A DNA stretch of 64,000 nt from an uncultured Eubacteriales bacterium (GCA_934444645.1 CAKSCV010000002.1:70464-134463), one strand, 5' to 3'; counted from the stretch's first letter, positions 1 through 12,182 are shown. Translations and numbers: made by a program. The notes: generated by a model from the sequence alone, not told the origin.

Positions 1-446
1 AGCTGCATATCTGCGACCTTGCCATTTCCGATTCGCTGACGTATCACGACTTCTGCCCGATCGACGTGCTTGAAAAATACGCGCCGGGCCGTTCGGTTTT
101 CCCGGCGGATGAGAAACTAGTCGAGCTTGCCGTACGTGCCGCCAACGAATATCATAAGACCGAGCCGCATTTCCGGTATCTTGTCGGCAAGATCATTTCG
201 GGTGATCAGTTTATCGAGGATAAGCAGAAGGTTCTCGCTTTCCGGGATACATACAATGCCTTGTGTACCGAAATGGAAGGTGCCGCCGTGGCGCATACCG
301 CCTATGCCAACCGGGTTCCGTTTATCGTCATGCGCACGATATCGGACAATGCCGACGAAAATGCAGATATGTCGTTTACGGAAATGGCAACAATCGCCGC
401 CGAGCGCGTCAGCTTTATCGTCAAGGAAATGATTCGCCTGTATTAA
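1..446 (+). CDS. mtnN: 5'-methylthioadenosine/S-adenosylhomocysteine nucleosidase, C-terminal part (5' end lies outside the window)
   Basis: The reading frame is open from the window edge (same frame as track ORF 66..446). The translation carries the PNP/UDP-1 family C-terminal blocks 'SGDQFI', 'CTEMEGAAVAH' and 'VMRTISD' typical of MTA/SAH nucleosidase. Confidence 0.85.
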   Translation, partial: LHICDLAISDSLTYHDFCPIDVLEKYAPGRSVFPADEKLVELAVRAANEYHKTEPHFRYLVGKIISGDQFIEDKQKVLAFRDTYNALCTEMEGAAVAHTAYANRVPFIVMRTISDNADENADMSFTEMATIAAERVSFIVKEMIRLY

Positions 447-486
447 CGCGTTTTCTGTAATCTTACGGAGAAAGGAGCTTTGCCCC

Positions 487-2583
487 ATGCGGCATATTTT
501 CGGACAGTCGAATAAAATGGGTCTTGCCGGATGGCGGCTGTGGTTTTTGGTCGCGGCCTTTGGTGCTGTTTGTATGGGATTTGTGGCAAGACTCCTTTAT
601 TTGCAGGTGGTAGACACCGAAGAATACGAGAGCAAGGCGGTTGCCAACAACTACAAGAGCGCGGTTGTTCCGGCAAGCCGCGGTGAAATCTACGACCGAA
701 ATGGAAAGAAATTAGTAACCAATGTCATTTCCTACAACATCGACATCAATCGAACGACACTGGAAAACGGCGGTTCGGTGGAGATTCTTTCCAAACTCAT
801 CGACCTGTTGGCAAAACATGATGTTGAAATTCCCGACACCTGTCCGTTAACGCTTACGGCACCGTATGCTTTGGATGGCGATTACATATTTGATACCGAT
901 AAAAAACGGTTGTTCGAGCGTTTTCTGAAGAATAACGACAAGGACGCCTCCGAATTGACCGGAACGGATTTTTATGCCTATCTTGTCAAACGCTTCGGCA
1001 TCGACGAGAATTTGGCGCAAACGTCCAAAGGACGGAAAATCGCCGCGATTCGCTACGATATGGAAAATGCGGATTTTTCGACTCTCACGCCGTATACGCT
1101 TTTGCGAAACGTGGATGAAACGCTCAAAACCGTTATTTCCGAGCATTCGTATGAGCTGCACGGAATCGAAATTTCCCGTTCGTATTCCAGAAAATACGAT
1201 GAGAATGCGGTTCTTTGCCATATTCTCGGAAGCACCGGTCCGATCTATGCCGAGGAAGCCGAGGAATACATTCAAGAAAAAGGGTATCCCTATAATGCCA
1301 CCATCGGCAAGGACGGAATCGAAAAGGCGTTTGAGGACTATCTGCGCCCGATCGACGGAACGGCTTTGTGTGAGATCGACAGCGATAACAACTTAGTCGG
1401 CTATGAGATCACCAAAGAGCCGAAAGAGGGCTATTCGGTACGCTTGACCGTTGATGCGGACTTGCAGGCTCTCGTTGAGGAATCCTTGAAGAAGCAGATC
1501 GCACTTGCGGTGGAATATGCCGTAAAATCCGGAAAACCGTATTCGGGCGAGGATTGCCACGCCGGTGCAGCGGTGGTTTTGGACGTCAACTCCGCTGAGG
1601 TTTTGGCACTGGCCAGTGCGCCGGGCTATGACCTCAACACCTATTCGGCAAACTTCAACGACTTAAAGATTGACCCGACGTCGCCGCTTATGAACCGTGC
1701 CACACAAGGTATCTATCCGCCCGGCTCGACCTTCAAAATGCTGACTGCTGCGGCAGCACTTGACAGCGGCACGATTGACATCAATACCTATGTCCGTGAC
1801 GAGGGCGAATACAAGAAATATGCGCCGACGTATACGCCGCGGTGCTGGATCTACTTAAAGCACGGCAGAACGCACGGCTATGTCAACGTGGCGGATGCCA
1901 TCAAGGTCTCCTGCAACTATTTCTTCTATACGGTCGCCGATAAAATGGGCGTGGACGAAATTGTGCGTTATGCCAAGGATTTCGGTCTGGGCGTAAAAAC
2001 CGGCATTGAAGTGTCGGAAAAGGAGGGCATTTTGGCAAGTCCCGAATACAAGGAATCGCACGGCTATGTGTGGAATCCGGGCGATACCCTGCAAATGGCC
2101 ATCGGCCAGTCGGACAACGCCTTTACGCCGCTGCAGCTTGCTTCGTATATATCCACCATCGTAAACGGCGGCAATCGCTATAAGACGACACTGTTGAAAT
2201 CCGTGGATGAATTCGGCTCAGGCAAACCGATTCATGAAAATCAACCGGTTTTATTAAACAAAACGCATTTGTCCGATCAAACCGTCGGTATTATCAAATC
2301 CGCCATGCGTTCGGTCGTGGATGATGAGGGCGGTACGGCACGAAGCGTGTTCGGCTCTAAGCCATATGCGCGCGATATCGGCGGAAAAACCGGTACGTCA
2401 CAGGTTTCCAAAGGAAGCGATACGGTACTGTTTGTCGGCTTTGCTCCGTATGAAAATCCGCAGATTGCCGTGGCGGTTGTGATCGAAAACGGCAACAGCA
2501 GCACGCGTGCTTCGAGCGTCGCAGCGGATATTTTTGATTACTATTTTGCAGGACGGAATCAAACGTCAAACCAACCGACTTAA
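487..2583 (+). CDS. Penicillin-binding protein 2-type D,D-transpeptidase (class B PBP)
   Basis: N-terminal membrane anchor followed by the transpeptidase motifs SxxK ('PGSTFKM'), SxN ('KVSCNY') and KTG ('GGKTGTS'). SD 'AAAGGAG' lies about 10 nt upstream of ATG 487; an alternative ATG is at 517. Confidence 0.9.
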   Translation: MRHIFGQSNKMGLAGWRLWFLVAAFGAVCMGFVARLLYLQVVDTEEYESKAVANNYKSAVVPASRGEIYDRNGKKLVTNVISYNIDINRTTLENGGSVEILSKLIDLLAKHDVEIPDTCPLTLTAPYALDGDYIFDTDKKRLFERFLKNNDKDASELTGTDFYAYLVKRFGIDENLAQTSKGRKIAAIRYDMENADFSTLTPYTLLRNVDETLKTVISEHSYELHGIEISRSYSRKYDENAVLCHILGSTGPIYAEEAEEYIQEKGYPYNATIGKDGIEKAFEDYLRPIDGTALCEIDSDNNLVGYEITKEPKEGYSVRLTVDADLQALVEESLKKQIALAVEYAVKSGKPYSGEDCHAGAAVVLDVNSAEVLALASAPGYDLNTYSANFNDLKIDPTSPLMNRATQGIYPPGSTFKMLTAAAALDSGTIDINTYVRDEGEYKKYAPTYTPRCWIYLKHGRTHGYVNVADAIKVSCNYFFYTVADKMGVDEIVRYAKDFGLGVKTGIEVSEKEGILASPEYKESHGYVWNPGDTLQMAIGQSDNAFTPLQLASYISTIVNGGNRYKTTLLKSVDEFGSGKPIHENQPVLLNKTHLSDQTVGIIKSAMRSVVDDEGGTARSVFGSKPYARDIGGKTGTSQVSKGSDTVLFVGFAPYENPQIAVAVVIENGNSSTRASSVAADIFDYYFAGRNQTSNQPT

Positions 2584-2593
2584 GGAGCAGCAC

Positions 2594-3757
2594 ATGAAAT
2601 TCTCTTCGCAATCGGTTGTTTCAAAAACGAAAAAACAAAATGATACCGCAAATAAAACCGCCGCGCGCCCTTTCGGCACACCAAGCCGCCGAGGCCTTGC
2701 CGTAAGTGCTGCCTTCTTTGTATTTTCGCTTGCGGTTTTGATTGTCGGTGCACTGTGCACAGCCTTTGCCGAGTGGTACACGACCACAATTTCGGCTTTT
2801 TTTCGGGCGGCACTTGCACTTTTAACGGCACCTTTCCCGTTTTCGCTTGCCGAGACCCTCGTTCTTGCAGGACCGGCAGCTTTTGCGATTCTCTTGCTTT
2901 TTCGGGTTTTGCAGCGGGTCTTTACCAAGAAAAAAGGGTGCGTCCGGCTTTTTTTCGAACGTTTTCTTTGCCTTGCTTTGTGCGCCTTGTCGGTGCTCAT
3001 ACAAACCTTCGGCATTTGCTACAAGCGAAAAAGCGCCGAAGAGCGATTTGCGCTTAATACCGAGGCTCTGACGGAACACGATGTCTATGTCAGCGCACTT
3101 CTCGTCCGGCAAATGGCGGAAAACAGCCGTCAATCGCTTTTGTGCAATGCCGACGGCGCGACGCAAATGCCCTATGATTTTCAAGCATTGAAGCAGAAAG
3201 TCCGTGAAAGCTATGCAAAATTTCTGCCAGCCCTTCCGCCGGTTCTCAGCATAAAGCCGGTGGCTCTTTCCGAGCCGTGGACGTATTTGCATATTTCGGG
3301 AATGTATATGCCGTTTACGGGCGAAGCCAACCTCAACATGAATTTTCCCGATTATACGCTCGCCTTTACAGCTTGTCACGAAACGGCGCATCAGTTGGGT
3401 ATCGCCTATGAGAGCGAAGCAAATTTTTATGCCTTTCTTGCGTGCCTGTACGCTGACGATGACTATTTGCGCTACGCCGGCTGTCTCAATCTGCTCGAAT
3501 ATCTGCTGGCAGATCTGTCGGCAAAAGACCTGCAAACGCTCTTTCAAAGCATGGATGCCGGTATCATCGGCGAATGGCGTGCATACAGCGCATTTTTCGA
3601 AAAATACCGCGCGTCGGCGGCAGCCAAGCTGTCCGACAGTGTGAATGACGGCTATCTAAAGTCTCAGGGAGTAGCAAGCGGCACCGCAAACTATTCGGAG
3701 GTGTCGCGGCTGGCAGTCGCGTATCTGAAACAGAACTTCCCGGAATCCTACGCATAA
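2594..3757 (+). CDS. DUF3810-like membrane protein with HExxH zinc-metalloprotease-type motif
   Basis: Several N-terminal hydrophobic helices and a 'CHETAHQ' (HExxH) motif. ATG 2594 sits behind SD 'AAGGAG' (2583-2588). The longer track ORF (from 2507) would overlap the PBP gene. Confidence 0.7.
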   Translation: MKFSSQSVVSKTKKQNDTANKTAARPFGTPSRRGLAVSAAFFVFSLAVLIVGALCTAFAEWYTTTISAFFRAALALLTAPFPFSLAETLVLAGPAAFAILLLFRVLQRVFTKKKGCVRLFFERFLCLALCALSVLIQTFGICYKRKSAEERFALNTEALTEHDVYVSALLVRQMAENSRQSLLCNADGATQMPYDFQALKQKVRESYAKFLPALPPVLSIKPVALSEPWTYLHISGMYMPFTGEANLNMNFPDYTLAFTACHETAHQLGIAYESEANFYAFLACLYADDDYLRYAGCLNLLEYLLADLSAKDLQTLFQSMDAGIIGEWRAYSAFFEKYRASAAAKLSDSVNDGYLKSQGVASGTANYSEVSRLAVAYLKQNFPESYA

Positions 3758-3838
3758 TTTACGAAACAGAAATAAAATCGCTATAAGAAATCAGCAAAAA
3801 ATAAGTATACTATTTCCATATCAATAAGGATGTGCACA

Positions 3839-4891
3839 ATGAGTAAAAATACAGTATCTTCTTGTCCGGAACGTCTCGGCACGGTTGGCGGCCAGGCGGT
3901 TTTGGAAGGCGTTATGATGAAATCCAAGGATCGCGTGGCACTTTCGGTACGCAAAAACGACGGAACGATCGAAACCGAAACCACGCCGTATCGTTCGGCG
4001 CGCGAAAAAAACAAATTTTTCGGCTTGCCGCTCATACGCGGAGTTGTCAATTTTGTCGAAATGATGATTTTGAGCTTCCACACGCTCAACCGTTCGGCTG
4101 AAATGCTCGGCATCGAGGATGAAGAAGAATCCAAGTTTGAAAAATGGCTGATGGAAAAATTCGGAAAAAGCATTGCCGCCGTCGCTTCGGCGATCGGAGC
4201 GATTCTCGGCGTGTTGCTTTCGGTAGGATTGTTTTTTGTCCTTCCGGCCGTTGTTTCGGATTTTGTGGCGAAATTCTGTGACAACCGGCTGCTAAAAAGT
4301 GCGGTGGACGGTTTTTCGAAAATTCTTATCTTTGTGATTTACATTGCGCTTGTGTCCTTGATTCCCGACATGCGGCGCGTGTTTGAATATCATGGGGCAG
4401 AGCATAAATCCATCTTCTGCCATGAGGCAGGCCTCGACCTTACGCCGGAAAACGTGAAAATGCAAAGCCGCTTTCATCCGCGCTGCGGCACCAGCTTTTT
4501 GTTTGTCATGATGTTTATCGGCATTTTGGTTTCAGTCTTTTATATCGATTTGAATATTTACCTTCGTATCCCGCTAAAGCTCTGCGTTTTGCCGCTTGTG
4601 GTGGGAATCGGCTATGAATTTATCCGTTATGCCGGAAAGCACGATAATCTGTTTGTGCGTATTTGTTCCGCACCCGGACTTTGGATTCAGCGTCTGACAA
4701 CCAAAGAACCGGACACAAACGAAATCAAAGTGGCGATTGCTTCGTTAAAGGCGGCTTTACCGGATATTTATCCGCCGGAAGAACCGCAAAAAACGGATGC
4801 TCCGGAAGAGACGGAAAAAACGGACAAAACGGACAACGCACCGGCGCAAACCTCCGAAACGGATACGACCGAATCCGCTTCTCATACGTAA
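3839..4891 (+). CDS. DUF1385 domain-containing membrane protein
   Basis: Hallmark 'YHGAEHK' motif plus hydrophobic helices, located directly upstream of prmC as is usual for this family. ATG 3839 is preferred because SD 'AAGGA' (3826-3830) abuts the earlier ATG at 3830. Confidence 0.8.
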   Translation: MSKNTVSSCPERLGTVGGQAVLEGVMMKSKDRVALSVRKNDGTIETETTPYRSAREKNKFFGLPLIRGVVNFVEMMILSFHTLNRSAEMLGIEDEEESKFEKWLMEKFGKSIAAVASAIGAILGVLLSVGLFFVLPAVVSDFVAKFCDNRLLKSAVDGFSKILIFVIYIALVSLIPDMRRVFEYHGAEHKSIFCHEAGLDLTPENVKMQSRFHPRCGTSFLFVMMFIGILVSVFYIDLNIYLRIPLKLCVLPLVVGIGYEFIRYAGKHDNLFVRICSAPGLWIQRLTTKEPDTNEIKVAIASLKAALPDIYPPEEPQKTDAPEETEKTDKTDNAPAQTSETDTTESASHT

Positions 4892-4930
4892 AATAAACCG
4901 CTTTGCGGCAATTCGGAGAAGAAACCCAGC

Positions 4931-5770
4931 ATGACATTAAATGATTTCAGAATACAGGCGATTCGTGCGCTCGAAAGCATTGCGGACAATCCGCGCTTTG
5001 AGGCGGAGCAGTTGATTCAATGGGCCTTAAAGATGAATCGCAACGATATGCTCTTAAAACGGCGGGAAGCACTTACACCCGGCAAGATTTCCCAGCTGAC
5101 CGAGGCACTCAACCGACGGCTTGCCCGCGAACCGTTACAATACATATGCGGCGAATGGGATTTTTACGGCTTGCGGATGTTTTGCGGCAAAGGCTGCTTA
5201 ATTCCGCGCCCGGAAACGGAAATGCTTGTGGATTATGCCATTCGGGCACTTCCTCGCGGCGGTCATTTGCTTGACCTTTGCACCGGCAGCGGCTGTATTG
5301 CCGTGGCTGTGCTCAATAATCGTCCGGATGTGACGGCGGCGGCCATTGATGTGTCACAGACGGCTCTTGCCTATGCGCGCAAAAACGCGGAATACCACGG
5401 AATTACCGAAGACCGCCTCTCCATCGCCTGTTCCGATATTCTCGATTATACACCGCTTCGCATTCCCGATGTGGTGGTGTCCAACCCGCCGTATATCAAG
5501 ACCGACGATATCAAAGACCTTGCTCCTGAAGTGCAGTATGAGCCGTATATCGCCTTAAACGGCGGCTATGACGGCTTGGAGTTCTACAAGATCATTGCGT
5601 CGAAATACAGCCGCTATCTGAAGAACACCTCGGAGATTGCCTTAGAAGTCGGCTATGATATTGCCGAGGAGGTCTCGGCACTTTTCCGCGGAAAACGCTT
5701 CCATACGGAGCTGCTCACCGATGCGTTCGGCGTTGAGCGCGTTTGTGTGGCACGGATGCATGAAGCATAA
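4931..5770 (+). CDS. prmC: Peptide chain release factor N5-glutamine methyltransferase
   Basis: HemK/PrmC layout with SAM motif 'LLDLCTGSGCIA' and catalytic 'VVSNPPYI' (NPPY). Confidence 0.9.
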   Translation: MTLNDFRIQAIRALESIADNPRFEAEQLIQWALKMNRNDMLLKRREALTPGKISQLTEALNRRLAREPLQYICGEWDFYGLRMFCGKGCLIPRPETEMLVDYAIRALPRGGHLLDLCTGSGCIAVAVLNNRPDVTAAAIDVSQTALAYARKNAEYHGITEDRLSIACSDILDYTPLRIPDVVVSNPPYIKTDDIKDLAPEVQYEPYIALNGGYDGLEFYKIIASKYSRYLKNTSEIALEVGYDIAEEVSALFRGKRFHTELLTDAFGVERVCVARMHEA

Positions 5771-5810
5771 CGATAAAAACCTTCAGCAGTACAGAAAAGA
5801 GGAATTATTC

Positions 5811-6455
5811 ATGGATCTCAAAGGTACAAAAATCAACTTTCTCGGTGACAGCATCACCGAAGGAGCAGGAACCAGCTGCGTGGAAGCACGGTTTACGACA
5901 TTGATGAAGGAAATTGCCGGTGTTGCCGAAATCCGCAATTACGGCATCGGCGGCACACGCATTGCCCGGCAGCAGACCGTGAACAACGAGCAGTATGATA
6001 AAAACGATTATTGCGCCCGTTTCTCGGCGATGGATGACGACGCGGATGTTATCGTCGTTTTCGGCGGTACCAACGACTACGGTCACGGCGACGCGCCGTT
6101 CGGTACGTTTTCCGACCGCACGCCGGATACCTTCTGTGGCGCGGTACATTATCTGTTCCGCGGCCTTATCGAAAAATATCCGACAAAGCCGATTGTTGTG
6201 ATCACGCCGCTTCACCGTGAAAACGATACCGTCCCGAATGCGCTGCACGGCAAAACCTTAAAGGATTATGTGGATGTTATCCGCGAGGGTGCCGAAATGT
6301 ATTCGCTGCCGGTGCTCGATTTGTTTGCCTCTTTCGGCGTTTGCCCGGATATCTCGGCACAGAAGGCGGCGTATTGCCCGGACGGCCTGCATCCGAACGA
6401 TGCCGGCAACCGCAAAATTGCCGAAAAACTGAAAACCTTCTTGGAAGCACTGTAA
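5811..6455 (+). CDS. SGNH/GDSL-family hydrolase
   Basis: Block I 'FLGDSITEG', block II 'NYGIGGT', block III 'GGTND' and block V 'DGLHPN'. ATG 5811 sits behind SD 'AAGAGGAA'. The longer track ORF start (5655) lies inside prmC. Confidence 0.85.
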   Translation: MDLKGTKINFLGDSITEGAGTSCVEARFTTLMKEIAGVAEIRNYGIGGTRIARQQTVNNEQYDKNDYCARFSAMDDDADVIVVFGGTNDYGHGDAPFGTFSDRTPDTFCGAVHYLFRGLIEKYPTKPIVVITPLHRENDTVPNALHGKTLKDYVDVIREGAEMYSLPVLDLFASFGVCPDISAQKAAYCPDGLHPNDAGNRKIAEKLKTFLEAL

Positions 6456-6494
6456 AAAACGGATGCTATAAAGATATTGAAAGGAAACGAAACC

Positions 6495-6992
6495 ATGAAA
6501 ACCGGTTACGCAAATTTTGCAAAGGCTCTGTCACTTTGGATACGCCGCTTTTTTACGGTATTCGGCTGTTTGGTGATGACGCTTGCCATCATCGGCGCAC
6601 TGTTAAATACGGATAATATTCTGTTTTGCACGCAGCTTTTGTGGCTTGCGTTATTTTCGTCACTTGTGGCGTGCACGTTTACGGTAACGGATTTTCTGGC
6701 AAAAAAACAGGTCGGCACGGTCATACTCCGCACGGTTCATTTTGTGCTTTCCTATCTTTCGTTTTTGGCGACGTTTGTCTTTGGCGGAGGAGCGGAATCG
6801 TATCTGAAAAGCAACACAGCCTTAACCAACCGCATTTTTATGGTGGTGTGCATGTCGTTTCTGTTTATCGGTGTGTATGCCGCCGTCAGTGTGGTGCGGC
6901 TTGGCTATTTTGCTTTGACGAACCGCCGGAAACAACCGGCAAAGGAGTATCAAAAGCTGTATGACGATATGGAGAACAGCAAAAACGATTAG
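6495..6992 (+). CDS. Hypothetical integral membrane protein (about 4 TM helices)
   Basis: The translation is dominated by four hydrophobic segments and has no catalytic motif. SD 'AAGGA' lies 9 nt upstream of ATG 6495. Confidence 0.6.
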   Translation: MKTGYANFAKALSLWIRRFFTVFGCLVMTLAIIGALLNTDNILFCTQLLWLALFSSLVACTFTVTDFLAKKQVGTVILRTVHFVLSYLSFLATFVFGGGAESYLKSNTALTNRIFMVVCMSFLFIGVYAAVSVVRLGYFALTNRRKQPAKEYQKLYDDMENSKND

Positions 6993-6995
6993 GCA

Positions 6996-7028
6996 AATAT
7001 CGCCGACGCGAGCCGGCGATTTCTTTGT
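6996..7028 (+). terminator. Putative intrinsic terminator after the membrane-protein gene
   Basis: Hairpin ATCGCCG (6999-7005) / CGGCGAT (7014-7020), extendable by two flanking A-T pairs, followed by TTCTTTGT. Confidence 0.55.
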
Positions 7029-7058
7029 ACTGTTCGCAAAATAAGAATTGAGGAATAT

Positions 7059-8225
7059 ATGGATCAACAGAGGATAAAACAAAATTCCGGCTCGCTTACC
7101 TATGTGGCGACCTGCCTTTTCGGGCTCGAAAAATTCGTCGGCGAAGAAATCGATGCCTGCGGCGGCAAGCGGCTTGAAACCATCGACGGACGCGTTGTTT
7201 TTTCGGGCGATGCGGACGTGCTTGCGCGCGTAAACGTTGGTCTGCGCACGGCAGAACGTGTCTATATCCGCGTCGGCGCATTTCATGCGGAAACCTTTAC
7301 CGAGCTGTTCGACGGTGTCAAAAAGCTGGCGTGGGAGGACTATATCGGAAAAAGAGACGCCTTTCCGGTCAAAGGACACGCCATCAAGTCGGCACTGCAT
7401 TCGATTCCCGATTGCCAGAGCATCATCAAAAAAGCCGTGGTGGAACGTCTGAAAAACGCGTACAGAATCGATTGGTTCGAAGAAACGGCCACCAAATTTC
7501 AAATTGAATTTTTTATCTTGAACGACGAGGTCTCGGTCATGCTCGATACAAGCGGTCTGCCTCTGCATAAGCGCGGCTATCGCACCGAAGCCGGCGTTGC
7601 ACCCATCCGGGAAACGCTTGCGGCGGCACTTGTCAAAATCGCAAGACCGCGTGAGGACGTCCGTTTTTGGGATCCGTTCTGCGGCTCGGCGACCATTCCG
7701 CTTGAAGCGGCGCTTTTGATGACGAACACCGCACCGGGGCTGAACCGTCCGTTTGCTGCGGAAAAATATGCATTTCTGGACAATAACATCTGGAAGCGGG
7801 CAAGGGAAGAAGCGACCGAAAAAATCGTTCGCGACAGCTCGTTTTGTGCGTTTGCATCGGATATTGACCGGAATGTCTTAAAGACGGCGAGTGCCAATGT
7901 GCGCCGTGCCGGTATGGAAAACTGCGTCAAGGTGTTCCAAAAGGATGCGCTTTCATTAACTTCCGACGGCGTGCGCACCACCATTGTCTGCAATCCGCCG
8001 TATGGCGAACGGCTCGATTCGCTTCGCGAGGCGCGCGACCTGTACCGAAAAATGGGACAAGTGTTCCCGAAGCTTTCGCCGTGGCAGATGTATTTTATCA
8101 CGTCTGAAGAAGAATTTGAACGGCTGTACGGCAAAAAAGCCGATAAGGTACGCAAGCTGTATAACGGCATGATCAAATGCAATTACTACCAATACTTCAA
8201 AAGAGAGGACGCACGCAAAGCATGA
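7059..8225 (+). CDS. THUMP-domain class I SAM-dependent RNA methyltransferase (RlmL/YpsC-like)
   Basis: N-terminal THUMP-like region followed by methyltransferase motif I 'DPFCGSATI' and motif IV 'CNPPYGERL'. SD 'GAGGAA' precedes ATG 7059. Confidence 0.85.
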   Translation: MDQQRIKQNSGSLTYVATCLFGLEKFVGEEIDACGGKRLETIDGRVVFSGDADVLARVNVGLRTAERVYIRVGAFHAETFTELFDGVKKLAWEDYIGKRDAFPVKGHAIKSALHSIPDCQSIIKKAVVERLKNAYRIDWFEETATKFQIEFFILNDEVSVMLDTSGLPLHKRGYRTEAGVAPIRETLAAALVKIARPREDVRFWDPFCGSATIPLEAALLMTNTAPGLNRPFAAEKYAFLDNNIWKRAREEATEKIVRDSSFCAFASDIDRNVLKTASANVRRAGMENCVKVFQKDALSLTSDGVRTTIVCNPPYGERLDSLREARDLYRKMGQVFPKLSPWQMYFITSEEEFERLYGKKADKVRKLYNGMIKCNYYQYFKREDARKA

Positions 8226-8887
8226 AAATCGATCTGCACGTTCATACAAAAGAATCGAGTGAATGCGGAACGCTTCCGGCCCGTGAAATCGTGGATCTGT
8301 ATAAAAGCGCCGGTTATGAAGGCATTGTCATTACCGACCATGCGCTTCCGCGCTATGTAAAAAAGTATGCTTCGGCGGTAGAGATGTTAAAGGTTCAGCG
8401 CGAAGGCTATTTTGCTGCCAAGGACTATGCGGATACGATTGGTTTTACGGTGCTTTACGGCTGTGAATTCCGGTTTACCGAAGCGTATCAGACGGACTTT
8501 TTGGTGTATGGCGCCGACCCGGATTACTTCATGAACCGTCCGGAGCTTTTGGAAACGCCGATTGAAAAAGCCTTGCCAGCCATGCGTGCCGATGGGCTTC
8601 TTGTGTATCAGGCACACCCGTTTCGCAATAAAATGCAGATTACTTCACCGGAGCTTTTGGACGGAATCGAGGTCTATAACGGCCATAACGGCTACGAGTC
8701 CCGAAACGGCTTTGCCATGCTTTGGGCGGAGCAATATCACTTAAGGAAAATATCCGGTTCGGATTTTCATAAGACCTGCGACCTTGCTCGCGGCGGCATT
8801 CTCACGAAAGAGGCTGTCAAAGACGAAGCTGCGCTTATCAAATGCCTGAAGGAACAAACCTATCAGCTGATTATCAGCTTAAATTAG
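8222..8887 (+). CDS. PHP (polymerase/histidinol-phosphatase) domain protein
   Basis: Begins 'MKIDLHVHT' (the PHP metal-binding motif), with further conserved His/Asp ('YQAHPF', 'GSDFH'). ATG 8222 overlaps the upstream stop codon (ATGA). Confidence 0.75.
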   Translation: MKIDLHVHTKESSECGTLPAREIVDLYKSAGYEGIVITDHALPRYVKKYASAVEMLKVQREGYFAAKDYADTIGFTVLYGCEFRFTEAYQTDFLVYGADPDYFMNRPELLETPIEKALPAMRADGLLVYQAHPFRNKMQITSPELLDGIEVYNGHNGYESRNGFAMLWAEQYHLRKISGSDFHKTCDLARGGILTKEAVKDEAALIKCLKEQTYQLIISLN

Positions 8888-8911
8888 CAGATTTACAAAG
8901 GAGCGATTATT

Positions 8912-10045
8912 ATGACTTCTCCGGCTCTTCTTCCGGAATGCAAAACCTGTCCGGCGGTCTTTGCCGTCAAAAATGACTATCAGATCATGGTTCCCGTCAA
9001 AAGCGATTTGTTGTTTTGGGTGACAGTTGACGGAAAAAACTATTACGATCATTCCAATGGCATTATCCGCTCGTCTACACGTATGCATCGCGTCAATATT
9101 CCGACAAGCGTTTTGGATAAGGCCGGCGAATACACGGTGACCTACCGCAAGATTATCGACCGCAAGCCGTATTTTGCCGAAACCGAAGAACCTGTTTCGG
9201 CAACCTATTCGTTCCGTCCGGTCCCGGCATCGGGTGATATCAAAATCTATCATCTTTCCGATACGCACGGCAAATTTGATACGCCGAGCAAGACGGCAAC
9301 CTATTTTGGGGATGACCTCGATTTGTTCATCTTAAACGGCGACGTACCCGACCATAGCGGAAGCGTTGAAAACTTCGATTTGATTTTTAAGCTCTGTGAA
9401 GCCGTAACGCACGGCTCGCGCACTTGCCTCTTTTCACGCGGCAACCACGATACGCGCGGCTTCTACGCCGAAAACATCGCCGATTATACGCCCACCGAAA
9501 ACGGACGTTCCTATTATTCTTTCCGTGTCGGTTCGATTTGGGGCATGATCATGGATTGCGGCGAGGATAAGATCGACGAACACGCCGAATACGGTCACAC
9601 GGTCTGCTGCCATGAGTTCCGCTTGGAGGAAACCGCGTATCTAAAGAAAATCATCGCCGACGCAAAGAACGAATATCTTGCCGACGGTGTAAAGCACCGC
9701 CTTGTGGTGGTGCACAACCCGTTTTCCTGCACCATTCCCGCACCGTTTGATATTGAACAGCCGCTTTTTTCGGAATGGCTGAAGCTGCTCGGCGACAATG
9801 TAAAGCCGGAATTGTTCTTATCGGGACATCTGCATACGATCGAAGTTTCGCCGATCGGCGGAAAGCTGGATGATAAGGGACAGGTTTGCACGGTCGTCGT
9901 GGGAGCAAAAGAAATCGATGATCCCGAAACCAAGAAAAACGTCGATTTTATCGGCTGTGCCGTTACGCTTTCGGACAAAAAAGCCGATGTTCGCTTTACA
10001 AACGCCGCACACGAGGTGCTTGAAGACCATACGATCGAGCTTTGA
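8912..10045 (+). CDS. Metallophosphoesterase (calcineurin-like) with N-terminal beta-sandwich-like domain
   Basis: Motifs 'LSDTHG', 'NGDVPDH', 'RGNHD' and 'SGHLH'. SD 'AAAGGAG' lies upstream. Confidence 0.8.
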   Translation: MTSPALLPECKTCPAVFAVKNDYQIMVPVKSDLLFWVTVDGKNYYDHSNGIIRSSTRMHRVNIPTSVLDKAGEYTVTYRKIIDRKPYFAETEEPVSATYSFRPVPASGDIKIYHLSDTHGKFDTPSKTATYFGDDLDLFILNGDVPDHSGSVENFDLIFKLCEAVTHGSRTCLFSRGNHDTRGFYAENIADYTPTENGRSYYSFRVGSIWGMIMDCGEDKIDEHAEYGHTVCCHEFRLEETAYLKKIIADAKNEYLADGVKHRLVVVHNPFSCTIPAPFDIEQPLFSEWLKLLGDNVKPELFLSGHLHTIEVSPIGGKLDDKGQVCTVVVGAKEIDDPETKKNVDFIGCAVTLSDKKADVRFTNAAHEVLEDHTIEL

Positions 10046-10118
10046 ATCGAATTTTGGCGAACCGATTTGCAAAGTGCCAAAATAATTGTTAAATAAATGT
10101 TAATATTGAAAAAAATGC

Positions 10119-10147
10119 TTGATTTTTTCGATTGACAGGTATACAAT
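10119..10147 (+). promoter_or_regulatory. Sigma-A-type promoter of groESL
   Basis: TTGATT (10119-10124), a 17-nt spacer, then TACAAT (10142-10147). The CIRCE operator begins about 13 nt downstream of the -10. Confidence 0.6.
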
Positions 10148-10159
10148 ACACAATGTAGG

Positions 10160-10186
10160 TTAGCACTTGATGAATTTGAGTGCTAA
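10160..10186 (+). promoter_or_regulatory. CIRCE operator (HrcA binding site)
   Basis: TTAGCACTT-N9-GAGTGCTAA compared with the consensus TTAGCACTC-N9-GAGTGCTAA gives one mismatch. It lies directly upstream of groES. Confidence 0.95.
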
Positions 10187-10226
10187 ACCGATGCAAATTG
10201 TAATCTACATTTAGGAGGAATAAAAA

Positions 10227-12162
<1,936 letters not shown>

Positions 12163-12182
12163 TCAAAACGCGAAAGCGTGCA

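Noticed and set aside
6822-7568. A 248-aa minus-strand ORF overlapping the membrane-protein gene, its terminator and the THUMP methyltransferase gene.
   Set aside because: It crosses an intergenic terminator and two well-supported + strand genes, and it has no motifs.
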